Shown one piece after another: positions 12,501 through 22,251 of a stretch of 64,000 nt of DNA; position 1 is the first letter of the stretch, and every line of letters starts with the position of its first letter. Where the stretch lies: the NCBI GenBank assembly GCA_963726455.1, contig CAVSCK010000003.1:384001-448000 (forward strand), written 5' to 3'. The stretch comes from an uncultured bacterium. Lineage in GTDB: Bacteria > Zixibacteria > MSB-5A5 > CAIYYT01. Under the pieces are notes generated by a model. That model ran no database searches. It saw nothing but the letters and a program-made list of their open reading frames with translations, and was not told the DNA's origin. The position numbers were made by a program, and so were the translations under genes.

Positions 12501-15113
12501 GACGGCATAAGCGTTCTGGGCACTGATCTAACGATACTACGCGTCAATAAGACCATGGAGAAGATGTATGCTCACGCCCTTCCGGTTGCCGGCAACAAGT
12601 GCTACGCGGTCTATCAGGGCGCCGATGCCCCCTGCTCCGTCTGCCCGACCATTCGTGCAATGGAGACCAAGACTCCGCAGATGGAGCATGTGCCGCGCGT
12701 AGGGCCGCACGGACAGGATGGCTGGTATGAGTTACATGCCTTCCCATTACTGGACGCCGACGGCAATTGCAAGGCCGTAATTGAGTACGTTCGCGATATC
12801 ACGCAGCGGTTACATGCCGAGGAGGAACTGGTACGGAGCGAGACCAAGTATCGAACGCTGTTTGAGTCGGCACAAGACGCAATCTTCATAATGAAGGAAG
12901 ACACCTTCGTCGACTGCAATACCACTACTTGTGAGATGTTCGCCTGCAGCCGCGACCAGATCCTGGGACAACCCCCTTACAAATTCTCGCCTCCGACGCA
13001 GCCCGATGGCCGCGACTCGATGGTAAAGGCCAAAGAAAAGATAAATCTGGCGGCGTCCGGCAGGCCACAATTTTTCGAATGGACTCACACGCGCCTTGAC
13101 GGCACACCTTTCGACGCCGAGGTAAGTCTCAACTGCATAGAAATCACCGGCGAGCATTTCATACTGGCCATTGTGCGAGACTGCACGGGCCGCAAGAAGT
13201 CGGAGAAGGCACTGGAAAAATCGTTGTCACTCCTGCGGGCGACTCTGGAATCAACCGGTGACGGCATTTTGGTGGTTGATCGCGTCGGTAAGGTGACAAG
13301 TTTCAACCGGAAGTGGCTGGAATTGTGGCGCATTCCCGAATTTCTCACGGTGCTGGCCGACGACGAAAAGATGTTGAAGTACGTGGCAGAGCAAGTCAAG
13401 GAACCGGAGAGATTTCTGGAACGCGTCAAGCAGCTATACGCCATGCCGGAATCGCAGTCATATGACACGATCGAGTTCAAGGACGGCAGAATTTTCGAGC
13501 GTTACTCACAACCGCAACGATTGGGTGACGAGATCGTGGGGCGGGTCTGGAGTTTCCGCGATCAGACAGAGCGCAAGCGTGTGGAGAAAGAACTGGCACG
13601 ACTGGCGACCGCAATCGAACAGGCCGCCGAAACGATCATCATTACGTCCGTGGAAGGCAAAATCGAGTATGTAAACCCGGCGTTCGAGAAGATCACTGGC
13701 TATTCACGTGAAGAGGCGATCGGCAAGAATACGCGAATTCTGAAGAGCGGCGAACATGACCCCGAGTTCTATCGCGAACTCTGGCAAACACTGCACCAGG
13801 GTCAAGTATGGACCGGCAGGTTCAAGAACCGCCGGAAGAACGGAACGATCTATGAGGAAGAGTGCAGTATTTCACCGATTCGGGACCAGGCCGATAACAT
13901 CATCAGTTACGTGGCGGTGAAGCGCGATGTCACTCAGGAAGTCGAACTTGAGAATCGGCTCCGGCAATCTCAGAAGCTGGAGGCGGTCGGATTGCTGGCG
14001 GCCGGTATCGCGCACGATTTTAATAATCTGTTGGCGGGAATCAAGGGGTTTGCCGAGTTGCTCACGCTGGATGAGACGTTAGAACCCAGAGTCACCAGTT
14101 ACGCCGAGGAAATCCAGAAGGCCGCCGGACGAGCCGCCGATTTGACCGGCCAGCTTCTCGCCTTTGCGCGCAAGGGCAAGTTCCTGTCGTTGCCAGTCGA
14201 CATGCATGAGGTCCTCGACGAGGTTGTCGCCATACTCAAACATTCGATTGATCGCCGCATCGAGATACGCCAGGAATTCCACGCCGCCAGGAAGATGATA
14301 AGCGGAGATTCCTCGCAGTTGCAGAGTGCGATTTTGAATTTGGCCATCAACGCGCGCGACGCCATGCCGAATGGAGGCAAGCTAACGTTCAAGACAGAGA
14401 ATGTAGCTCTGGATGACGAATACTGCGACTTGCATTCTCTTGACCTGGGCGCGGGAGAATATCTGGCGTTATCAGTGATAGATACGGGCGTCGGGATGGG
14501 CGAGGAGGTTCTGGCTCACATCTTTGATCCATTCTTCACGACTAAAGAGCAGGGCCAGGGCACGGGTCTTGGGCTGGCAGGCGTGTATGGGTGTTTGCGG
14601 AATCACCACGGGTGTGTTGAGGTCGAGAGCAAAGTGCGTGAGGGCTCAACTTTCCGGTTATACTTCCCTCTTACCGGTGACGAAAAACAGCAATCGCCCG
14701 AACACTCTACCGAACGTAATCTCGCCGGGAATGAACATGTGTTGCTGGTTGAAGACGAGGAAGTAGTCAGGAGTTTGGCCAAGAACATACTTACCAGCGA
14801 GGGATATCGCGTGACGGCATGCGTCGATGGGGTGGAAGCTGTGGCGCTGTTCAAAGAAAAAGGATTCGAGTTCGACCTGGTACTGCTCGACGTGATGATG
14901 CCGAAGATGCACGGCAAAGATGTCTTCGCTGCGATGCAGAAGATCAATCCGGCGGTGCGTTGCGTTTTCATGTCGGGATATAGCGACCTCGACGTAAAAG
15001 ATGCGATGAAACAAGGCCTCAAAGGATTCCTCGCCAAACCCTTCCGAGCGGGCCAACTTCTTGGCAAAGTCCGTGAAGTCCTTGATACCAGTCCCTCGCC
15101 GGTCAGGCACTGA
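9585..15113 (+). CDS. Membrane-anchored hybrid sensor histidine kinase with 11 PAS/PAC domains and a C-terminal receiver
   Basis: Two N-terminal TM segments, repeated DITERK linkers, H-box GIAHDFNN, NARDAM, FFTTK/GTGLGL, receiver VEDE...DVMMP...KP. Confidence 0.92.
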   Translation: MKTQFKIVILAAFASVGLWVFDAGFDTLILHQSTFWQSFFSQVVTEEWAERLIVAAAFAGFGIVLASLLRRREKLRLALAESHRRSTRILAESPLPYQSLDENGCFLAVNDAWLKTLGYKRDEVIGRNFAEFLTPPYAELICSRFAHFKEVGQVSGIEFDLVRKDGAIVTASFNGKVAYDDSGKFQRTHCLFADITERRKMEAELRKSEELARMALKNSPLVVSGQDRDLCYVWFENSRLGLSSVDTIGKRDDDIFLPEQAERSMAIKQHVMESGETAREDVWVTANGMTRCYDLTVEPLRNKNGEIVGVTSAGLDITTSKLAEEALKASEEKYRLLVENAYEAIFVAQEGKIKYCNRRTAEILGRTIEEVLAAALDELAHPDDRERILARHRMRLAGEKLPSGYSFRVLTKTGEIKWVEIDGVKIDWEGKPASINFASDITERKMAEMNLQRQREWLEITLASIGDAVIAVDTRGRVTLVNRVAEDLTGWQNIDAVGQSIDAVMRLHDETSDAVIDNPVRSAIHEHVTVAMTNHAILVSRDGHRIPVDDSAAPIIDSTGALQGAVIVFRDISERKEAERAIRESERQLSTLMTNLPGMAYRCRNDENWTMDFVSEGCRELTGYNPDELRNNAKVSYMELVEESYREKLWDAVQTAVAKQEAFEIVYPIAKADGAEKWVWERGQGVFSPNGRLLFLEGFIADITERVRAEDERDRFFNLSADMLCIADFKGFLRQVNPAWQKTMGWTPEELLSKPFQEFVHPDDRKNTEGAMECLVRGEELTNFENRYVCRDGSYRWLSWKASPLVKDGLVFAVARDITGRREAEDALLTSERRYRVVTEQTGQMVYDWDMKSSKIFWAGAIESITGFSSEEYKKVTIEVWEEMIHPEDRARASELLTAAMKSRQQYLAEYRLRRRDGSYVCVEDHGVFVTDSDSTSSRMLGTMKDITERMRAREKLIEREQFLQGVFDGIQDGISVLGTDLTILRVNKTMEKMYAHALPVAGNKCYAVYQGADAPCSVCPTIRAMETKTPQMEHVPRVGPHGQDGWYELHAFPLLDADGNCKAVIEYVRDITQRLHAEEELVRSETKYRTLFESAQDAIFIMKEDTFVDCNTTTCEMFACSRDQILGQPPYKFSPPTQPDGRDSMVKAKEKINLAASGRPQFFEWTHTRLDGTPFDAEVSLNCIEITGEHFILAIVRDCTGRKKSEKALEKSLSLLRATLESTGDGILVVDRVGKVTSFNRKWLELWRIPEFLTVLADDEKMLKYVAEQVKEPERFLERVKQLYAMPESQSYDTIEFKDGRIFERYSQPQRLGDEIVGRVWSFRDQTERKRVEKELARLATAIEQAAETIIITSVEGKIEYVNPAFEKITGYSREEAIGKNTRILKSGEHDPEFYRELWQTLHQGQVWTGRFKNRRKNGTIYEEECSISPIRDQADNIISYVAVKRDVTQEVELENRLRQSQKLEAVGLLAAGIAHDFNNLLAGIKGFAELLTLDETLEPRVTSYAEEIQKAAGRAADLTGQLLAFARKGKFLSLPVDMHEVLDEVVAILKHSIDRRIEIRQEFHAARKMISGDSSQLQSAILNLAINARDAMPNGGKLTFKTENVALDDEYCDLHSLDLGAGEYLALSVIDTGVGMGEEVLAHIFDPFFTTKEQGQGTGLGLAGVYGCLRNHHGCVEVESKVREGSTFRLYFPLTGDEKQQSPEHSTERNLAGNEHVLLVEDEEVVRSLAKNILTSEGYRVTACVDGVEAVALFKEKGFEFDLVLLDVMMPKMHGKDVFAAMQKINPAVRCVFMSGYSDLDVKDAMKQGLKGFLAKPFRAGQLLGKVREVLDTSPSPVRH

Positions 15114-15258
15114 TAATCCACAATCCGCAGTTCGTCTTCCCCCGATAAACAATCCCGAAACTTTGGTTGAACAATATTGTTTATAAGAATAAGTGGTGTC
15201 GACAATATTATTGAGTCGATAACTATTAATGAAGGATATAGGGTACCGGTAAACGGCT

Positions 15259-16326
15259 ATGAAGTTGACTTTTGCGAGCAAAGATAACTGGTGGAAGCTC
15301 ACCAGTCTGGCTGCACTTATCATACTGACAGTATCCATCCATTACGGTTGGATCCTGATGCAGATTTTTGGCCATTCCGACTGGGTGCATGCGATTCACA
15401 GCCGGCTTTGCTATATCCCGATCGTCATGGCAGCAGCGTGGTTCGGTTTGCGAGGTGGGTTGGGCGCGGCGGTGATTATTTCGCTCGCAATACAACCCTA
15501 CATCCTACTCTCCGACAACCCGCACTTGGATCCGTCGAGCGAATGGGTGGAAATAGTTTTCTATTTCGCCATGGGTGGATTGATCGGGCTCCTGGTTGAT
15601 CGCGAAAAACGTGTTCGTGCCCACCAGGAAGAGACCGCATTGCAGTTAGAGCGCTCAGAGCGTCTGTCAACGATGGGACAGATGGCCGCCAGCGTGGCAC
15701 ACGAGATTAAAAATCCACTGGCATCCATTAAGGGCGCGGTTGAAATCATCAATTCGCCGGCCACGTCGTCTGACGAAAAGCACGAATTCCAAGGCATAAT
15801 TGCGTCCGAGGTTGGGAGAATTGACCGCACGGTCAGGGAGTTTCTCGATTTCGGCAGGCCGCGCGAGATCGTGCTGCATCGAGCGGACATGAGCTCGGTG
15901 GTGGCTTCCGCGACAAAGCAGATGGAACGGCAAATGACTGATCGGCAACTGGAACTGGTCAGCGTGATCGAGGATAACATTCAGGCCGAGATCGACAGCG
16001 AGAGCATCCATCAACTGGTGTTGAATCTGCTGCTGAATGCGATCGAGGTTTCCCCTCCGGAATCGACTATTGAGGTGCGGCTCGAACGCGGTTCCGACTC
16101 CATGGCAATTCTTTCGATCCGCGACCATGGTTCCGGCATCGCGAAGAATGAATTGGAGAAGATCTTCGAGCCATTTTACACGACCAAAGCCGCCGGATCG
16201 GGTCTGGGGCTGGCGATTGTGCAGTCAATCGTGGCCAAGCATGGCGGTACGATCAATGTGGAGAGTTCGCCCAATCAGGGAACCGTTTTTCGGATATCAC
16301 TGCCATTGACAAGGAAGAACCGATGA
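15259..16326 (+). CDS. Two-component sensor histidine kinase with a His-rich 4-TM input domain
   Basis: AHEIKNPL H-box, NAIE, FYTTK, GSGLGL; N-terminal TM region containing HAIHSRLCYIP. Confidence 0.9.
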   Translation: MKLTFASKDNWWKLTSLAALIILTVSIHYGWILMQIFGHSDWVHAIHSRLCYIPIVMAAAWFGLRGGLGAAVIISLAIQPYILLSDNPHLDPSSEWVEIVFYFAMGGLIGLLVDREKRVRAHQEETALQLERSERLSTMGQMAASVAHEIKNPLASIKGAVEIINSPATSSDEKHEFQGIIASEVGRIDRTVREFLDFGRPREIVLHRADMSSVVASATKQMERQMTDRQLELVSVIEDNIQAEIDSESIHQLVLNLLLNAIEVSPPESTIEVRLERGSDSMAILSIRDHGSGIAKNELEKIFEPFYTTKAAGSGLGLAIVQSIVAKHGGTINVESSPNQGTVFRISLPLTRKNR

Positions 16327-17678
16327 ACATAAGAATACTGCTGGCCGACGACGATGCATCGCTGCGTCGCGTGCTGGAGGTCAAGCTCAAGCAGCGCGGC
16401 TACGGCGTGGCAACGGCAGGCGACGGCATTACGGCTTTGGCGGAGCTGAAGCGAAACAAGTTCGATCTGCTGATAACCGATATGAAGATGCCGAACATGA
16501 GCGGACTGGATTTGCTGGAACGGACCCGGCAGGAATGGCCTGATTTACAGGTCATTATGATGACCGCGTTCGCAACAATCTCGCAGGCGGTCGAAGCGGT
16601 CAAGTTGGGGGCGTTCGATTATCTGACGAAGCCGTTCGAGGATGAACAACTGTTCGTGGCGGTGGAGAAAGCTGCGCGATTTCGGCGACTGGAGGAAGAA
16701 AATCGCTCGTTGCGCGAGCAGGTTGGCGACAAATACCTGAAGCACTTCGTAGGTGCATCGCGGGCGTTCAAGGATATGATGTCGTTGATCGACAAAGTGG
16801 CGCCGACCGAGGCGACTATTTTGATCACCGGCGAATCGGGATCGGGAAAGGAGTTGACGGCGCACGCCATTCATCTTAAGAGCCCCCGCGCCGGTGGGCC
16901 GTTCGTGCCGGTGAATTGTGCGGCTATTCCCAGAGAACTTATCGAGTCGGAATTGTTTGGTCACGTTAAGGGTGCGTTTACGGGAGCGATCAAAGATAAG
17001 AAGGGGAAATTCCAGTTGGCGGACGGCGGCAGTTTGTTCCTGGACGAAGTGAGTGAACTCGGCATCGAGCTACAGGCCAAGTTATTGCGGGCACTGCAAA
17101 CCCGGATGGTGGAGCCGGTCGGATCGGAGGCGCCGGTCGAGGTTGATGTCAGGATAATCGCTGCGACGAACGTGTCGCTGAAGGAACGGGTGTCGGAAGG
17201 CAAGTTCCGCGAGGATTTGTTCTATCGATTGAATGTGATCCCGATTGATGTGCCATCACTGAGGCAGCGACGGGAAGATGTGCCGGTATTGGCAAAAGAA
17301 TTCCTACGAAAGCTGGACGGAGAGCGGGTTCAAATTGAGCCGGAGCTGATGAATCGACTGTCGAGCTACGACTGGCCGGGGAACATCCGCGAGTTGGAGA
17401 ATTTGATCGAACGGATGGTGGTGTTGCGCAAGTCGGATGTGCTCACGGTCGGGGATTTGCCGCAAGACTTTGGGGAGATGCTTCCGCCTCCGAGCGATAC
17501 GTCAGCGAACGGCGCGCGAACGAATGTCGGACTCATGGAAGTTCAGCGGCGGGTGATTGTCGAGGCGCTGGAGAAGTGCGCGTGGAACAAGTCGAAGGCA
17601 GCAGAGTTGCTGCAGGTGCCGAGGCATATTCTAATCTACCGAATGAAGCAGTTAGGGATCACCAGTCCGCAGGTTTAG
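16323..17678 (+). CDS. sigma54-dependent response regulator (NtrC/AtoC family)
   Basis: Receiver domain, GESGSGKE, GAFTGA, LFYRLNV, WPGNIREL and Fis-type HTH; ATGA overlap with the kinase. Confidence 0.93.
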   Translation: MNIRILLADDDASLRRVLEVKLKQRGYGVATAGDGITALAELKRNKFDLLITDMKMPNMSGLDLLERTRQEWPDLQVIMMTAFATISQAVEAVKLGAFDYLTKPFEDEQLFVAVEKAARFRRLEEENRSLREQVGDKYLKHFVGASRAFKDMMSLIDKVAPTEATILITGESGSGKELTAHAIHLKSPRAGGPFVPVNCAAIPRELIESELFGHVKGAFTGAIKDKKGKFQLADGGSLFLDEVSELGIELQAKLLRALQTRMVEPVGSEAPVEVDVRIIAATNVSLKERVSEGKFREDLFYRLNVIPIDVPSLRQRREDVPVLAKEFLRKLDGERVQIEPELMNRLSSYDWPGNIRELENLIERMVVLRKSDVLTVGDLPQDFGEMLPPPSDTSANGARTNVGLMEVQRRVIVEALEKCAWNKSKAAELLQVPRHILIYRMKQLGITSPQV

Positions 17679-18474
17679 TATTCTGCTTGGAGTACGGTTT
17701 GCCAAAAGTGTAGACGAAACCGACAGCCACTCCCCCTTCGAAAATCTGCTCAGTGCTACCCCAACGGATGGATGCGTCAATGGACGCGTTTCTGTCTATC
17801 GGGAATCGCAATTGATGCACCGCTCCGGGCTGATAATAGTGGCCCCAGGATATTCCGTGGAACATGGAAATACTACCCACCGGAAAGCCGATACCGGCGG
17901 TAAAGTTGCCTCCCCCAGAAGCCAACGGCAGACTTTCGTTATAGTCGCCATAAACATGGAATCTGTGAGGTTTGCCGAGGCGGACATGGCCGGTAGCATG
18001 TTTGGTCCAGTGTACGTCATCAGAGAAATTATCCGGCACCGGTTTGAACAAGTAACCCATGCCGAAACCGAGATCCTCAAATTCAAAGCTGAGGTTGGGG
18101 TTGAAATAGCTGTAAGTGAAGTGAATTGAGGAATTGTTGGCATTGGGATAGGCCGGGGCATTCCAGGAATAGGTTGGCGGATTAAAATCAGAGCCGAAAG
18201 TACCGGCTCGCAGGCCGAGGACAATCGGTGATTCGCTCCAAGTCCCGGTTACCGGAATGCGAACATAGGCGGCACCGGCGACATCCTTGAATTTGTTTTC
18301 CGATTTAGCGGTCTCGCCTTCACAGCTACGAATGATCGCTGCATACTGCCCGGTGCCGCCGTAGGCGCCAACCGAGACATTGGCTGAGTCTGGGTTGCCC
18401 TGATAGACGCCAATCGGCAGCGCCAGTAAGCAGGCAAAGCCAATGCCGTTCTTGAGATTACTAAGAATTCGCAT
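17659..18474 (-). CDS. Hypothetical exported protein, possibly an outer-membrane beta-barrel
   Basis: GGAGG RBS before ATG 18474; Gly/aromatic-rich alternating strands, near-terminal GFVYTF. Confidence 0.6.
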   Translation of the reverse strand: MRILSNLKNGIGFACLLALPIGVYQGNPDSANVSVGAYGGTGQYAAIIRSCEGETAKSENKFKDVAGAAYVRIPVTGTWSESPIVLGLRAGTFGSDFNPPTYSWNAPAYPNANNSSIHFTYSYFNPNLSFEFEDLGFGMGYLFKPVPDNFSDDVHWTKHATGHVRLGKPHRFHVYGDYNESLPLASGGGNFTAGIGFPVGSISMFHGISWGHYYQPGAVHQLRFPIDRNASIDASIRWGSTEQIFEGGVAVGFVYTFGKPYSKQNTKPADW

Positions 18475-18554
18475 GAAGTGGTCTACCTCCCGATGCAATG
18501 ATGGTTTGAACATAGCGAAAAAAAGTCGAATAACAACTTGATTTCTTGAAACCT

Positions 18555-18574
18555 TATATGCATCGTGGCGTATA
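18555..18574. promoter_or_regulatory. Putative ArsR operator (imperfect inverted repeat)
   Basis: TATATGC-N6-GCGTATA, 13 nt upstream of the ArsR ATG, in a divergent promoter region. Confidence 0.4.
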
Positions 18575-18587
18575 TACATTTGGAAGT

Positions 18588-18995
18588 ATGAAGAAGGACA
18601 ATGACGATAAGCAACTGGCACCGGCGCTGCAGGCGCTGGCGGACAAGACGCGGCTGAAGATTCTGCTGATGCTGGAATCGAAACCGCGGACGGTCGGAGA
18701 GATCGTGGATTTCTTCGATTTGTCGCAGCCGACGATAACCCGTCATTTGCAGCAATTACTTAAGACGGGGCTGGTGACGCGTCACAAGCAGGCGCAGAAG
18801 GTGTATTACGGACTGAATACCGAGACCATCAAGGAATTCTGCGTGCAATTGGTCGGGTGTTTTCCCTGTTGCTGCTCGCCGTTCACGAATTCTGAGGAAA
18901 CAGCTTCGAAGCATAGTGATAGATCGCGGGCGACTCGTCCGGCAGCCGTTCGCACCAAAAGGAAGACACGTAAACCAGAAGGAGAGAAATCATGA
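18588..18995 (+). CDS. ArsR/SmtB family transcriptional regulator with a Cys-rich tail
   Basis: ALADKTRLKIL...LSQPTITRHLQQL winged HTH; tail FCVQLVGCFPCCC. Confidence 0.9.
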   Translation: MKKDNDDKQLAPALQALADKTRLKILLMLESKPRTVGEIVDFFDLSQPTITRHLQQLLKTGLVTRHKQAQKVYYGLNTETIKEFCVQLVGCFPCCCSPFTNSEETASKHSDRSRATRPAAVRTKRKTRKPEGEKS

Positions 18996-19042
18996 CACGC
19001 TATAATACTCCGCGTGTAGCACATTGTTGCGGCGGTTCGTAA
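18992..19042 (+). CDS. Putative 16-aa peptide MTRYNTPRVAHCCGGS
   Basis: GGAGAG RBS, ATGA overlap with the ArsR stop, terminator hairpin downstream. Confidence 0.45.
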   Translation: MTRYNTPRVAHCCGGS

Positions 19043-19085
19043 TCTGCGTCCCGGGCATGACGTAAAAAGGCCCAGTGAATAGAAT

Positions 19086-19120
19086 ACGCCGTCGGGATGC
19101 AAGTCCCGGCGGCGTTTGTT
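19086..19120 (+). terminator. Terminator-like hairpin
   Basis: ACGCCGTCGGGA-loop-TCCCGGCGGCGT followed by TTGTT. Confidence 0.55.
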
Positions 19121-19218
19121 GTATAAGTGCCGCATGAAACCCACCGCAAGCGGATGGGGCACCCAGCGATGCTGAATAAATGTCATCTTGAAAAACGCCC
19201 ACCAGGGGCTAGACTACA

Positions 19219-19629
19219 TTAGAACTGTCTACGGAACGATTCCTTGTCGAGCGATTCCGAGTATGTAGCGAAGTGTGACTTGGCATCGCGCGGTTTCTTG
19301 AGGCGCAGGCGATCCTTGCCGAAAACGCGTGAAATCAGGCCGATCGGTGTGACCACCAGATAGAAGATTATCGCCAGGATAATCGGCGAGACTATGCGGC
19401 CGAGGATGTAGGTCAGGGCCATCCAGAGCAGGTAGATTGTCTTGCCAATAGGTGGGATGAAATAGCAAGAGAGACTCGCGATCAGGCCGCTGCCGATGAA
19501 CCAGCCGGCAAGGCGATATTTGCTTCCGAGTAAGAGGATCAATGACGCCAGGGTGAAAGCGATCAGCATGGTGACGGCAAAGTAGCGCAGGTCGCGGCGG
19601 GTCGGATGCCAGTTGATGCGGCCTAACAT
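19219..19629 (-). CDS. SxtJ family membrane protein
   Basis: MLGRINWHPTRRDLRYF...WMALTYILGRIVSPIILAIIFYLVVTPIGL...KD.L.L...RQF; directly downstream of the carbamoyltransferase. Confidence 0.85.
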   Translation of the reverse strand: MLGRINWHPTRRDLRYFAVTMLIAFTLASLILLLGSKYRLAGWFIGSGLIASLSCYFIPPIGKTIYLLWMALTYILGRIVSPIILAIIFYLVVTPIGLISRVFGKDRLRLKKPRDAKSHFATYSESLDKESFRRQF

Positions 19630-19630
19630 A

Positions 19631-21454
19631 TCAATCGACTCCGAATTGTTTGCGGTAGTCGTCGGCGCCCGGATATGGCGGTTGGTCGGACTTGTGTAGC
19701 ACGAAATTTTCCAGAACCAACATATCCATATCGGTGAACATGAAACAGCGGTACGCCTCCTGCGGCGTGTTGACAATCGGTTCGCCACGGATGTTGAAAC
19801 TCGTGTTGACGATCACGCTGCAGCCGGTGCTGTCCTTGAAGGCGCGAATGATGTCATAAAAGATGCCGTTGCGTTCACTGGTCACGGTCTGCAAGCGACC
19901 GGAATAGTCAACATGAGTCACGGCGGGAATCGATGACCGGATTGTTTTGAGGCGGTCGATGCCGGTCAGCTCAAGTTCTGAGGCGCTCGGTTGACGGCGA
20001 ATAGATGATTTGATCGGTTCGACCAGCAGCATGTAGGGGCTGTCGCGATCCTGTTCGAAGTAGTCGGCAACATCCTCGCGCAACACAGCGGGCGCAAAGG
20101 GGCGGAACGATTCGCGGAATTTGATTTTGAGATTGAGCTTCGACTGCATCTCGGGCGAGCGGGCATCGGCGAGGATACTGCGGGCACCGAGTGCGCGCGG
20201 TCCGAATTCCATTCTTCCCTGCACGAGGCCGACGACCTTTTGTCCGTCAATCGCCTCGGCAATGATGCCGGGAATATCCGTGAGATCGTGCCGCGTATAT
20301 TTGGCCCCGATGGAATCAAGGAAGGTCTTGATTTCCGACTCGGAGTAGGACGGTCCGAGATAGCTGCCGGATTGGCTGTCGTCCGGTACGGGCGTGCGAT
20401 CATTACCGAGTGCGATATGCCAGGCCGCCAGCGCTGCGCCGATAGCGCCACCGGCATCGCCGGCCGCGGGCTGGATGAAAATCTTGTCGAAGATGCCGGC
20501 GCGTCGAATCACACCGTTGGCGACGGAGTTCAGCGCACAGCCACCGGCAAGGCAGAGATTCTTTTCGCCGGTGATTTCTTTGGCATGACGCGCGAGCTTG
20601 AGCATGATCTGATTGGTGACTTCCTGAATCGAGGCGGCGATATCAAGCTGCTTCTGGTTGAACGGTTCGTCAGGCGCTTTGGGTGGCAGGCCGAACAGAT
20701 CGTGAAATTTGCGTGAGGTCATGCGCAGGCCGCTGCAATAATCGAAGTAGCGCATGTCCATCCAGAGGGAGCCGTCGTCTTTGACATCGACGAGGTTTTC
20801 AGGATCAGATCGACGTATTTCGGTTCGCCATAGGGCGCCAGGCCCATCAGTTTGTATTCGCCGGAGTTGACGGTGAATCCGAGATAGTAGGTGAAGGCCG
20901 AGTAGAGCAGGCCGAGCGAATGGGGGAAACGAATTTCTTTGAGAATTTCGATGCGCACTGCCCTCTGCCCTGCCAATGGTCGTGGTGCTCCATTCGCCGA
21001 CACCGTCGAGCAGTCACGAATCGCCGCCCGCTCAAACGGCGAAGGATAGAATGACGAAGCCGCATGCGACAGATGATGCTGGGAGAACAGAATCCCGCCG
21101 CCAAAGCCGTCGCCAAGACCGCGTTTGATCTCACGCGGAATATGCAGCTTGAAATTCAGCCAGAGCGAGAGTGCTTTGGAGAACGAGCGAATGCCGCGCG
21201 GCGCAAAGGCAAAGTAGGTGTCGAGCAGGCGTTCGAAGGTCAGCAGCGGTTTGTCATAGTAACAGACGATGTCGATCTGATCGGCGGTGATGCCGGCGAA
21301 CTCGAGACAAAACCTGATTGCATGTTGCGGGAAAGCGGGCATCATGTTTGACGCGGCTGAAACGTTCCTCCTGCGCTGCGGCAATGATCTTGCCGTCGCG
21401 ACACAATGCCGCCGCGGAGTCATGGTAGAATGCGGAGATGCCGAGGATGTACAT
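19631..21454 (-). CDS. O-carbamoyltransferase (NodU/CmcH/SxtI family), frameshifted
   Basis: MYILGISAFYHDSAAAL...AQEERFSR, HHLSHAAS, HSLGLLYS, GEYKLMGLAPYG, AGGCALN, GRMEFGPRALGARS, KFRESFRPFAP, NTSFN. Confidence 0.93.
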
Positions 21455-21497
21455 ACCGACAATAATAGACGCTGCGACGCCGAAGTTGTCCAGCAAT

Positions 21498-21528
21498 AAA
21501 AAAGGTGTTCAGCTCAACCTGAACACCT
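21498..21528 (-). terminator. Intrinsic terminator of the HU gene
   Basis: AGGTGTTCAG/CTGAACACCT stem with a T-tract on the minus strand. Confidence 0.65.
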
Positions 21529-21559
21529 CGAAATTACGACAATGCAAGAAATGTCCGAA

Positions 21560-21860
21560 TTACTTCTTCGGCGGAATGATCGCGTCCTTGCAGGCTTTGG
21601 CGACACGGAATTTCACCACGGTCTTGGCCGGAATCTTGATCGCTTCGCCGGTCTGCGGATTGCGTCCCATGCGCGCCTTGCGGTTGGCTTTCACCAGTTT
21701 GCCGAAACCGGGCAGCGTGAACTCGCCGGCCTTCTTGGCTTCAGTGACGGCGGTCATGTGCAGAGTGTCGAAGAATTTGTTGACTTGGACTTTGGTCAAG
21801 TCCGGTCTTGTCGGACATCGCGGTGACAAGCTGTGATTTGGTCAGCGGCTTGTTTGCCAT
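21560..21860 (-). CDS. HU family DNA-binding protein, frameshift near 21800
   Basis: MANKPLTKSQLVTAMSDKTG then LPGFGKLVKANRKARMGRNPQTGEAIKIPAK; GGAGG RBS. Confidence 0.92.
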
Positions 21861-22251
21861 GGTTTCCTCCCACGGTTTAAGTTTAGCCAGTCTTTACAAG
21901 GGCGAAAACTGCCTAACATTCATTTCACCCTGTATTTACAATGTCTTGCGCGTAGTTAATACGTTGCTTTTAAAACGGTTGGCAATATAAAAATCAAAGA
22001 AACATGACTGTTTTTTCAAATTTTTTTGGGGTAGACCCCCCCGGAGACCGCTTAAATAGCGGTTCGGGCGGTCAAACCGAGAGGGTGGGTAGACTTTACG
22101 AGTTTACCGACCCGTATCCGACCCTTGTGTTTATTGGGCAGAACGCGATTTGAGAGGCCGGCTACCGACCTCGCATTTGCCTTTGTCAAAAGGTAGCGGA
22201 AACGATAGATTGTTCCCCCGATGGTCGTAAGAGAATGAGGATTGGGTAACG

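Noticed and set aside
19219-21454. Saxitoxin biosynthesis cluster
   Set aside because: Only sxtI/J/K-like homologs are present; no sxtA, sxtG or other core genes are in the window.
22030-22130. tRNA-like GGTTCG segment
   Set aside because: No cloverleaf or acceptor stem could be built.
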